Source of the DNA: Eubacteriales bacterium
GTDB taxonomy: Bacteria; Bacillota; Clostridia; Oscillospirales; CAG-272
Assembly (NCBI GenBank): GCA_045660565.1
Contig: JAZRDX010000008.1
Coordinates: 1 to 46,160 of the forward strand
Direction of reading: 5' to 3'
DNA length: 46,160 bases
This document shows positions 32,999-41,443 of the stretch, piece by piece (the first letter of the stretch is position 1; each line of letters begins with the position of its first letter). A program made the position numbers and the translations under genes. Below the pieces are notes generated by a model, which was not told where the DNA came from, ran no database searches, and saw only the letters and a program-made list of their open reading frames with translations.

Positions 32999-35227
32999 AT
33001 GAATATAAGAAAAAGAAAAGTATTGTTCGGATTTGTTATATGTGCGCTTACCCTGGTTATAACTCTCCTTCCGATATACGCATCTGCGTATTCCACGTAT
33101 ACCTATTCGATAGACGGAACACAGCTTTCGTCTCCCAACGCTTACGAGCCTCAGAGAGTTTACGACTCCGTTTCAACCGGAATAACGGCACTCTCGGGAA
33201 AGAGACTTTACGAGCCTAAGGACCTTGTTGTTGACCCCGACGGTAACATTTATATATGTGATGGCGGTACGGAGTTCGTCAGCTCCGGAACGACGGGCAG
33301 CACGGAAATGATCGAAATCAAGCACGACAGAATAGTTGTTCTTGACAGATATTTTAACTATCTCTATGAAATCTCAGGGTTTACCAACTCGATGGGTGCA
33401 AACGACGTCCTTAACTCTCCCGGCGGACTTTGTGTTACAGAGACCAAAATCTATATCGCGGATACTAAGAACGCCAGAATAGTTGTATTCAACAGAGAAA
33501 ACGGCGGCCGTACACAGCCCACCTTCCATAGCATAATAGGTGCGCCTGAGGCTGAGGTTTTCCCGGCAGGTTCTTCCTACACTCCCGTAGCGGTTGCATC
33601 TAACGATAGCCACGTATACGTAGTTTCATCTTCTACGTACATGGGAATTATCTCGATGGATCTTAAAGGCGAGTTCCAGGGATTTGTCGGAGCTCAGAAG
33701 GTTGCTGCTAACCTGCTTGATATTTTCTGGAGAACCTTCCAGACAGCAGAGCAGAGAGCGCAGTCCGCGACCTACGTTTCTACCGAGTATAACAACATAG
33801 CCATTGATGAAAGCGGATTCATCTACGCTACCACATCTAATATCAACGAAGCTAAACAGCAGCAGGCTATTGAGTCTCGCTCAACCTCGTCTAACTACGC
33901 TCCGGTTAAAAAGCTTAACACAGCGGGTGAGGACGTTATGAACCGTACCGGTTTCTATCCTCCGTCCGGAGAGGTTAAGGTTGCTAATGTTTCCTTTGAC
34001 GGAAGCCCGACGGGACCGTCCAAGATAATCGACGTTGCTATGGGACCTGAAAGAACATGGTCTATTATCGACCGTCAGCGTCAGAGAATATTTACCTATG
34101 ATAAGAACGGTAACCTTCTCTTTGCTTTCGGTGATAAGGGAAAGCAGCTCGGAAACCTTGAGAGCATCAAGGCGATAGCGTATCAGGATGACAACCTGCT
34201 TATCCTCGATATTTACAGTAAAAACCCGACGGTAGCGATGTATACCAGAACGGACTACGGCGACCTTCTTATAAAGGCTCTCCGCAACGATAATAACCGT
34301 GAATACGAAAAAGCGGTTGACGATTACAGCGAGATACTTCAGCGTAACATCAACTTCGACGCGGCTTACATCGGAATAGCTAAATCTCTTTACCGTAGCG
34401 GTGATTACAACGGCGCTATGGAGCAGTACTCCTACGCATATAACACGGCGGGATACTCTCAGGCGTTTAAGATGTTCAGAAAAGACTGGGTATCTAAGTA
34501 TATTATTGTAATCCCGATAGTAGTTGTAGCTGTTGTATTTGCTCTTTCGTGGTTCTTTAAGTTTGCCGCGAAGGTTAACGCTAAGACGGCAGTTTCCGGA
34601 GGTAAGAGAACCTTTGGACAGGAGCTTCTCTTTGCCATCCATCTTATATTCCATCCGTTTGACGGCTTCTGGGATCTTAAGCATGAAAAGAGAGGTTCGT
34701 TTAAAGGAGCCCTCTTCTACACGGGACTTGCGGTTCTTGTATTTACGTATCAGAGCGTAGGACGTTCTTATATGTATAACCCGAGAGGAGTTTACTCCAG
34801 TATCGGAGCACAGTGCCTTGCAGTATGTATACCGCTTCTGCTTTGGGTTGTATCCAACTGGTGTCTTACCACACTGTTTGACGGTGAGGGAAGCGCAAAG
34901 GACATCTTTATTGCAACCGGTTATTCGCTTGCACCGCTTCCGTTCCTTATAATTCCCGCAACGCTTCTTACCCACATCCTTTCCTCCGCTGAATCCGGAA
35001 TTATAACCCTCTTAACAACCTTTGCGTTTGTTTGGGTAGGACTTCTTATATTCTTCGGAGAGATGATAACTCACGACTATTCGATAGTCAAAAATATAGC
35101 GACGAGCCTTGGTACCATAGGCGGTATGGCAGTTATAATGTTCATATTCATACTGTTTGCGTCGCTTGTTTCCGATATGCTCGGTCTCGTTACCAACATA
35201 ATTACGGAAATTACTTATAGATTGTAA
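32999..35227 (+). CDS. Membrane protein: signal, six-bladed NHL-type beta-propeller, TPR-like segment, C-terminal Yip1-family multi-TM domain
   Basis: NHL-like blades include PKDLVVDPDGNIYICD, LNSPGGLCVTETKIYIADTKNARIVVFN and IDESGFIYATT. The TPR-like segment is YEKAVDDYSEILQRNINFDAAYIGIAKSLYRSGDYNGAMEQY. After that come a TM and then HPFDGFWDLK plus about 5 TMs typical of Yip1-domain proteins. Confidence 0.65.
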   Translation: MNIRKRKVLFGFVICALTLVITLLPIYASAYSTYTYSIDGTQLSSPNAYEPQRVYDSVSTGITALSGKRLYEPKDLVVDPDGNIYICDGGTEFVSSGTTGSTEMIEIKHDRIVVLDRYFNYLYEISGFTNSMGANDVLNSPGGLCVTETKIYIADTKNARIVVFNRENGGRTQPTFHSIIGAPEAEVFPAGSSYTPVAVASNDSHVYVVSSSTYMGIISMDLKGEFQGFVGAQKVAANLLDIFWRTFQTAEQRAQSATYVSTEYNNIAIDESGFIYATTSNINEAKQQQAIESRSTSSNYAPVKKLNTAGEDVMNRTGFYPPSGEVKVANVSFDGSPTGPSKIIDVAMGPERTWSIIDRQRQRIFTYDKNGNLLFAFGDKGKQLGNLESIKAIAYQDDNLLILDIYSKNPTVAMYTRTDYGDLLIKALRNDNNREYEKAVDDYSEILQRNINFDAAYIGIAKSLYRSGDYNGAMEQYSYAYNTAGYSQAFKMFRKDWVSKYIIVIPIVVVAVVFALSWFFKFAAKVNAKTAVSGGKRTFGQELLFAIHLIFHPFDGFWDLKHEKRGSFKGALFYTGLAVLVFTYQSVGRSYMYNPRGVYSSIGAQCLAVCIPLLLWVVSNWCLTTLFDGEGSAKDIFIATGYSLAPLPFLIIPATLLTHILSSAESGIITLLTTFAFVWVGLLIFFGEMITHDYSIVKNIATSLGTIGGMAVIMFIFILFASLVSDMLGLVTNIITEITYRL

Positions 35228-35243
35228 AAGGAGGACGGCAAAA

Positions 35244-38200
35244 ATGAGAAACAGCACTAAAAGAATATTTCACAGAACATTGTCAGGCTTCCTTGCAATC
35301 TTAACTGTAATCACTATGCTTGCAACTTTATCAATGCTTCCCGTAATGGCGGCAGAGGGTGAGGTTAACGAAAGCTCGCTGAAGTTCAATGCTACGTATT
35401 ATCAGAACTACTATACGCAGGCTAAAAACAAGGACAGAAAGACAAAGTTCCTTACCGAAGAGGCAAGACTTTCCGCAATGAAGCTTCATAACTCGAAGGG
35501 AGACTTTGAACTTTACGTTGACGAGATTACCGGAGAGGTAGCTCTTAAGGACAAGAGTACAGGAAACGTACTTTTCACAACTCCTTACGATACCGCGGAG
35601 GATACCCGTATATCCTACGACAGAAAGGTAGAGCTTCTCAGCCAGGTAATTATAAACTATTCCAGCATCAGCGGTTCTACCGGAACCTACAACTCCTTTA
35701 CGCATTCCGCTCTTCTTAACCAGATCAGCATAAGAAAGCTTAAGGGTGGAGTTCGTATAGAATACTCCATAGGACAGGAAGAATCCCGTATTCTCGTTCC
35801 GATGGCAATAACCGCAACGAGATTCAAGGCAATGATCGAGGCACCTCTTCTTGAGCTCTTCCCCGATATTGACGACGTTACCACGCCTTATTCAAAGCTT
35901 ACCGCTTTCTACGGACTGTATAACGAATACAGTAGCAAGGTAGAAAAGTACCCCGTTCTTAAAGAGAAGCAGTTATACCTTCTCCACGAGAATACCAACG
36001 GACGTGAAAAGAAACAGATTGAGTCTATAATCAGACGTTACTGCCCCGACTACACCTTCGAAGAGCTTGATAAGGACCACAAGGAAGCAGGCTACGAGGG
36101 AAGCGCGGTAGCACCGGCTAACTTCAAGATGGCTCTTGAGTACTACATTACAGACGTTGGAGTTGAAGTAAGATTCCCCGCAAACGGACTTACATTTGAC
36201 GAAAGTAACTATCAGCTCACCGACATAACCCTTCTTAAGTATATGGGCGCGGGCGCAAGCAACTACAAAGGCTACACCTTCTTCCCCGACGGATCCGGTG
36301 CGCTTGTAAGATTCGAAGACCTCTCCAGCTACTACAACAGAGGTGGAGCGGTTTACGGACAGGACTACGCGTATCAGGAGATAGGTAACGCAAACCAAGA
36401 GGTATTCAGAATGCCTGTATTCGGTGTTGTTACCACCAATGAGAAGAGAAGTGAAGTAGCAACTATTCCCGGAACTGTTGACAAGAAGTATTCCACAGGA
36501 TACCTTGCGATAGTTACTGAGGGAGATGCTCTTGCAAGTATATTCACTAACCACGAGGGCGACAGCAAGTTTATGTACAATTCAGCGTACTGTAAGCTTG
36601 CACCGAGACCTCAGGATAAGTATAACCTTGCCGAAGCAATTTCAATTAGCGGAAGCGATACGTTTACCGTTGTTTCTGACCGTAAGTATACTGATTCCTT
36701 CAGAATTAACTACATTATGCTTACCGACGCGGAAAACCCGGGTAAAAACCCTGAAAGAACGTATTACGACGCAAGCTACGTCGGAATGTCAAAGGCATAC
36801 AGAGACTTCCTTGAAAACAAGGGAGACATCAAGCGCATAGAGGACGCTAAGGAGGATATACCGCTTTACATCGAAGCGTTCGGTGTAACCGAAACCGATG
36901 AAACGGTTCTCAGTATCCCCGTAACCGTTAAAAAAGCTCTTACATCCTTTGATGATCTCAGAGCAATGACCACGGAGCTTGAAACCGCTAAGTCTCCGAT
37001 CACAAACGTAAATTACAGACTTACCGGATATACCAACGGCGGTATGAAGGCAACCATCCCTTCGAAGGTTAAGTTTGAAAGAGAAGCAGGCGGAAACGCA
37101 GGCTTCAGAGAGTTCCTTACGTATGCGGCTGAAAAGGGAATCGGTGTATATCCCGACTTCGACTTTGTTTATATGAGTGAGACTGCAGCGTTTGACGGTT
37201 TCTCATATAAGACCGACGCGGTAAAGACTATCGACGACCGTTATACCACAAAGAGAACCTACGACGCTGTTCTTCAGACCTTTACCACCACGGGAAAGAT
37301 TTGTATTTCGTCCAGCGTATTCAGAAGCCTTTTCGATAGATTCAATAAGTCCTTCGACGCTCTCCTTGAGGATAAGATCACGTTTGTTTCCGCAGGAACG
37401 CTCGGTTCTGAGCTTAACTCCGACTTTGACGGAGACGACCCGTACAACCGTGAGGATGCTAAGAAGTACACCATTGAAACTCTTGAAAGACTTAAAAAAG
37501 AATATGGCGCAGTTATGGTAGACTCCGGAAACGCATATACCATTCCTTACGCGTCCGTTGTACTTAATGCTCCTCTTGATTCCAGCCGTTACCTCGGCGC
37601 CAGTGAGGCTATCCCGTTCTTCGGAATGACCTTCCACGGCTACGTTGTATTCGCAGGAAAGCCTACCAATATGGCGGGCGATATGAACTACGAGCTTCTT
37701 AAGATTATCGAAAACGGAGCAACGCTTTACATGATGCTCTCCTACGATAACGTTGAGATACTTAAGGAGGACGAAGAGCTTTCCAAGTATTACGCTATAA
37801 GATATGAGATCTGGAAGGAGAAGCTCCTTACCACCTACGACGAGGCCGGTAATGTAGTTTCTGTAGGACTTTACGATAAGCTTAATAACGCTCTTAAGGA
37901 CGTTCAGCAGTCGCTTATAAACGACCATCTCTTTGTAACCTGTAAGCGTAAGCTCACAGATACCGAGAGCGCGAACATCGAAGCGGATGCTAAGAGACAG
38001 CAGGCTGAAAAGCTCGCTGAGTATGAGGCAAAGCTTAACGACGCAAAAGAGAAGAAGGCTGTTTACGACAGAATAGTTGAGGATTACCCCGATGTAGCTG
38101 AGCGTAATCAGATTTTAGAGAACTACGGAATTGATATTGACGCTATAAACGCTGATATTCAGAACTATACCGAGCTTTACAATACCGAGAAAAATGACGC

Positions 38201-38618
38201 AAAGCTTGAGGAGTACAAGAACATACTCCTTTCCGGAATCAACCTTGACATAAATGACGGAAGCGTTGTTTACGTTGAGTACGTTAACGATAACGGCGAT
38301 AAGCATTGGTTCCTCCTTAACTACAACAACTACGACGTTGAAGTAAACACCTACAAGCTTGATGCTAACGGCGAGCGTATAACGATCGACGAAATGAATG
38401 CTTCGAACCTTGTTATCACTGTTGATGGCAAACAAATCGTTGTTGAAAAGAACGCCGCAGGAAACTGGACAGTAGACTCGTTTGGAAATATCGTTGTAGG
38501 AAACGGAACCAACCTTGTAGTTGACTCCGACGGTTACGTAAAAGCAAAGCTTGAAGTTCAGTCGAAGGACTTCTTCGATTCAAATTCCGAAACCGGTAAA
38601 ACGGTATCTTATAAATAA
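35244..38618 (+). CDS. 1124-aa secreted protein of unknown function, recognised from memory only as DUF5696-like, with a coiled-coil segment near the C-terminus
   Basis: AAGGAGG RBS and signal ...LATLSMLPVMA/AEG. There is no LPXTG, no lipobox and no catalytic motif that I can name. A coiled-coil-like stretch reads ESANIEADAKRQQAEKLAEYEAKLNDAKEKKAVYD. Confidence 0.5.
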   Translation: MRNSTKRIFHRTLSGFLAILTVITMLATLSMLPVMAAEGEVNESSLKFNATYYQNYYTQAKNKDRKTKFLTEEARLSAMKLHNSKGDFELYVDEITGEVALKDKSTGNVLFTTPYDTAEDTRISYDRKVELLSQVIINYSSISGSTGTYNSFTHSALLNQISIRKLKGGVRIEYSIGQEESRILVPMAITATRFKAMIEAPLLELFPDIDDVTTPYSKLTAFYGLYNEYSSKVEKYPVLKEKQLYLLHENTNGREKKQIESIIRRYCPDYTFEELDKDHKEAGYEGSAVAPANFKMALEYYITDVGVEVRFPANGLTFDESNYQLTDITLLKYMGAGASNYKGYTFFPDGSGALVRFEDLSSYYNRGGAVYGQDYAYQEIGNANQEVFRMPVFGVVTTNEKRSEVATIPGTVDKKYSTGYLAIVTEGDALASIFTNHEGDSKFMYNSAYCKLAPRPQDKYNLAEAISISGSDTFTVVSDRKYTDSFRINYIMLTDAENPGKNPERTYYDASYVGMSKAYRDFLENKGDIKRIEDAKEDIPLYIEAFGVTETDETVLSIPVTVKKALTSFDDLRAMTTELETAKSPITNVNYRLTGYTNGGMKATIPSKVKFEREAGGNAGFREFLTYAAEKGIGVYPDFDFVYMSETAAFDGFSYKTDAVKTIDDRYTTKRTYDAVLQTFTTTGKICISSSVFRSLFDRFNKSFDALLEDKITFVSAGTLGSELNSDFDGDDPYNREDAKKYTIETLERLKKEYGAVMVDSGNAYTIPYASVVLNAPLDSSRYLGASEAIPFFGMTFHGYVVFAGKPTNMAGDMNYELLKIIENGATLYMMLSYDNVEILKEDEELSKYYAIRYEIWKEKLLTTYDEAGNVVSVGLYDKLNNALKDVQQSLINDHLFVTCKRKLTDTESANIEADAKRQQAEKLAEYEAKLNDAKEKKAVYDRIVEDYPDVAERNQILENYGIDIDAINADIQNYTELYNTEKNDAKLEEYKNILLSGINLDINDGSVVYVEYVNDNGDKHWFLLNYNNYDVEVNTYKLDANGERITIDEMNASNLVITVDGKQIVVEKNAAGNWTVDSFGNIVVGNGTNLVVDSDGYVKAKLEVQSKDFFDSNSETGKTVSYK

Positions 38619-38632
38619 AGGGAGGCAGTAAA

Positions 38633-39631
38633 ATGGATAATGAAGCAAAACTTCAGCCTGAAGTAATACAGGCACCCGCGGCACCGCGTCCGAAAAACAC
38701 CAAAAAGCGCCGCAAAAAAGCAGCCTCTCTTGATAAGAGAAAGGCAAAAAGCGGATGGATATTCGTTCTTCCGTTTATTCTCGGTCTTGTAATTATATAC
38801 CTTCCCGTTATAGTAGAATCATTTAGATACTCGCTTTCCTCAATGAAGCCTCAGGCAGGTGGATACCTTTTTGAGTTCATAGGAGTTGAGAACTACCAAA
38901 AGGCACTCTTCGAGGACGCAAGCTTTACTAAGACGCTTGTGTCGGGTATAAGGGGAATGGTAATTGACATTCCGGTTATAGTTATATTCTCGCTCTTCGT
39001 AGCGGTAATACTTAACCAGAAGGTTCTCGGAAGAGCGGCATTCAGAGCTATATTCTTTATACCTGTTATCTGTTCTACCGGGCTTATGGGACACATAGCA
39101 TCCAACACAGCTTCGTTTAACGACTACATGGCTGACCAGAGCCAGGGTATTAATACCGGTGCTGCAAGCGGAGGCTTTGGAATAAGCGCGCAAAGCATAG
39201 AAAAGATGTTCGCGAATATGAAGGTCGGTAACGAGATAGCGGTTTACGTTATCGGAGCTGTTAACAGTATAGCCGGTATCATAGAACGCTGCGGTGTACA
39301 GATGCTCGTATTCCTTGCGGCACTCCAGTCAATCTCGCCCGCTATATACGAGTCCTGCTCGATAGACGGCGCTACAACCTGGGAGACGTTCTGGAAGATA
39401 ACCCTTCCTATGATAAGCCCGATGATACTTGTTAATGCGATATATACGGTTATCGACTCGTTCACCTCGGAAAGCAACGCGGTCATGAAGTATATCAGTA
39501 ATAAATATCTTGAAGACCAACCGGTTTCCGCGGCAATGGCGTGGCTGTACTTCGCAGTTATAGTTGCAATGGTTGCAGTTGTTGCGATATTGCTAAAGAC
39601 TTACGTATTCTACCAGAAGAGAGATTCTTAA
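38633..39631 (+). CDS. Sugar ABC transporter permease, MalF-like (pair 2)
   Basis: Basic N-terminal tail and EAA loop YESCSIDGATTWETFWKITLP. Confidence 0.85.
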   Translation: MDNEAKLQPEVIQAPAAPRPKNTKKRRKKAASLDKRKAKSGWIFVLPFILGLVIIYLPVIVESFRYSLSSMKPQAGGYLFEFIGVENYQKALFEDASFTKTLVSGIRGMVIDIPVIVIFSLFVAVILNQKVLGRAAFRAIFFIPVICSTGLMGHIASNTASFNDYMADQSQGINTGAASGGFGISAQSIEKMFANMKVGNEIAVYVIGAVNSIAGIIERCGVQMLVFLAALQSISPAIYESCSIDGATTWETFWKITLPMISPMILVNAIYTVIDSFTSESNAVMKYISNKYLEDQPVSAAMAWLYFAVIVAMVAVVAILLKTYVFYQKRDS

Positions 39632-39649
39632 GAAAGGAGGTTTTGAAAA

Positions 39650-40708
39650 ATGGATAATAACGTTAATACCGCTCCCAAGATACTTAAGGAGAGCAAAAAT
39701 AAAATTACTGTTGATTTTGAAAGAACCTCCAGACTTGAGAGAATGAAGATCAAGTACCTGAACATATCATATGTCGGTGTTCTGCTTTGGCGTATGCTTC
39801 GCTTCCTTCTTCTCCTTGGAATTTCTTACATCATACTTTACCCCTTCTTCTCGAAGATAATGGCTTCGTTCATGGGCGAAAAGGACTTCGTTGACGTTAC
39901 TGTTAAGCTTATTCCTAAATATCCGACGCTTGATACGTATAAGGCTATTATAGTAGACCTTCAGTATTTCCAGGCACTTCTTAACACCTTCCTGCTTTCG
40001 CTTGTAACCGCATTGGTTCAGACGTTTGTTTGTAGTGTTATCGGATACGGATTTGCTAAGTTTAAGTTCCCGGGTTCAAAGCTCCTCTTTATGCTTGTTA
40101 TTTTTACCATGATAGTACCTCACTCAACGATACAGCTTGCGCTTTTCGTTAAGTTCAAGTATTTTGATATCTACGGTTTACTTAACTTGCTCGGAGGCGG
40201 AGTAACAGAGTCGTTTGATGTTCTCGGTGGAATAACTTCTGTCGACCTTACGGGTTCACTCTGGCCGCTTATAATCCTTTCATTCGGTGGACTTGCGTTT
40301 AAGAACGGACTTTATATCTTCCTTATGCGTCAGTTCTTCAGAGGCGTTCCCGACGAGCTTGAAGAGTCAGCATACATAGACGGTTCGGGTGTTTTCAGAA
40401 CCTTCATCAAGATAGTTCTTCCCCTTTCGGTACCTATGATGATTACCATCTTCCTGTTCTCGTTCTCCTGGCAGTGGACGGATAAATTCTATACCGACCT
40501 TCTGTACAGCAACAATAAGATGTATCTGCTTCCTCACCTTATCGGTAAAACCATTCCGTCTCTTAACACAGAGCACGCGAAGGAGATCGCTGAGGCTGCG
40601 GCTCAGAACACCATCGGTCTTATGATAATCGCTCCGTTGATTATAGTATACCTCTTCTGTCAGAGATATCTGGTTGAGGGTATTGAGCGTTCCGGTATAA
40701 CCGGTTAA
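39650..40708 (+). CDS. Sugar ABC transporter permease, MalG-like (pair 2)
   Basis: EAA loop EESAYIDGSGVFRTFIKIVLP and an AAAGGAGG RBS. Confidence 0.85.
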   Translation: MDNNVNTAPKILKESKNKITVDFERTSRLERMKIKYLNISYVGVLLWRMLRFLLLLGISYIILYPFFSKIMASFMGEKDFVDVTVKLIPKYPTLDTYKAIIVDLQYFQALLNTFLLSLVTALVQTFVCSVIGYGFAKFKFPGSKLLFMLVIFTMIVPHSTIQLALFVKFKYFDIYGLLNLLGGGVTESFDVLGGITSVDLTGSLWPLIILSFGGLAFKNGLYIFLMRQFFRGVPDELEESAYIDGSGVFRTFIKIVLPLSVPMMITIFLFSFSWQWTDKFYTDLLYSNNKMYLLPHLIGKTIPSLNTEHAKEIAEAAAQNTIGLMIIAPLIIVYLFCQRYLVEGIERSGITG

Positions 40709-40755
40709 GGCTGACAGTACATCCGATACTGAAAAACGGAAAAAAGAACAATAAA

Positions 40756-40792
40756 ATCGAGGTGTCGGTTTATAACCGATGCCTCGTTTTTA
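40756..40792 (+). terminator. Rho-independent terminator of the 13-kb operon
   Basis: cgaggtgtcggtt-tat-aaccgatgcctcg has a stem with one 2-nt internal mismatch and is followed by tttttattt. Confidence 0.7.
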
Positions 40793-41059
40793 TTTAATCG
40801 AAAGCAGTGCTGAATGATACGTTTTTACGTTTTTGTATGACGTGTGGATAAAAAGAAATTTACGGAAAAGATTACAAACGCGTATAATTTATCGAAAAAA
40901 AGCCAAAACTTTATTTGAATAATCAGATTTAACTCCCAAGGCCTCCTAAAAAACAGCGTAGCTTTGGTTATCGGTAACGTATTTAGATAGAATTTTAGTT
41001 AATAACATATTGCATATCAAACTCTTTTGCGGTTACATAGTATATATAAAGGAGAAGAT

Positions 41060-41143
41060 ATGCTTGGATTTGTTTTAGGTACAGCTTTCGGTGGTACGGT
41101 AGTGGTTTTTATAATGGCTCTTTTTATGGGAAGCAAAGGTTAA
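41060..41143 (+). CDS. 27-aa hydrophobic small protein (MLGFVLGTAFGGTVVVFIMALFMGSKG), one predicted TM helix
   Basis: Not in the ORF track. AAGGAGA lies 6-7 nt upstream of the ATG. It is Gly-zipper-like and ends with SKG and TAA. Confidence 0.5.
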   Translation: MLGFVLGTAFGGTVVVFIMALFMGSKG

Positions 41144-41162
41144 ATAATATCGTAGCCTAAGC

Positions 41163-41320
41163 TTGTAAAGCGGCACACAGCCTGTAAAATCAGTGTGAGC
41201 TGTTTGGAAATTCGCTTATTACACGTAGGTAAAGCACAAAAAATCAGCGCGCAATTCTTGTGAGATTTGCTTATTACAGTTGATAAAGCACGGAAAAATC
41301 AGCACCGTCAAAAATAAAGA
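41163..41320 (+). repeat. Degenerate direct repeats of about 55-60 bp, about 2.5 copies, downstream of the small ORF
   Basis: The units share (g)taaagc.cac, aaaatcag, gtgag and ttgcttattaca / ttcgcttattaca. The core gtaaag/ataaag occurs at 41165, 41229 and 41283, and again at 41362 inside the terminator arm. Confidence 0.55.
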
Positions 41321-41343
41321 AGCAATACGTCAATAAAAAACGG

Positions 41344-41409
41344 AAAAAACGCCATAATAAGGTAAAGGCTTTCGGTTTTGTATCGAAAGTAGCCTTAATG
41401 GCGTTTTTT
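41344..41409 (+). terminator. Long terminator or attenuator hairpin immediately upstream of the 935-aa gene
   Basis: Outer stem aaaaaacgccat/atggcgtttttt and inner stem aaggctttcg/cgaaag(ta)gcctt. The T-run ends 34 nt before the ATG at 41444. Confidence 0.65.
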
Positions 41410-41443
41410 CTATGTATTAATGTTGGCGTGAAAGGTGCGAAAA

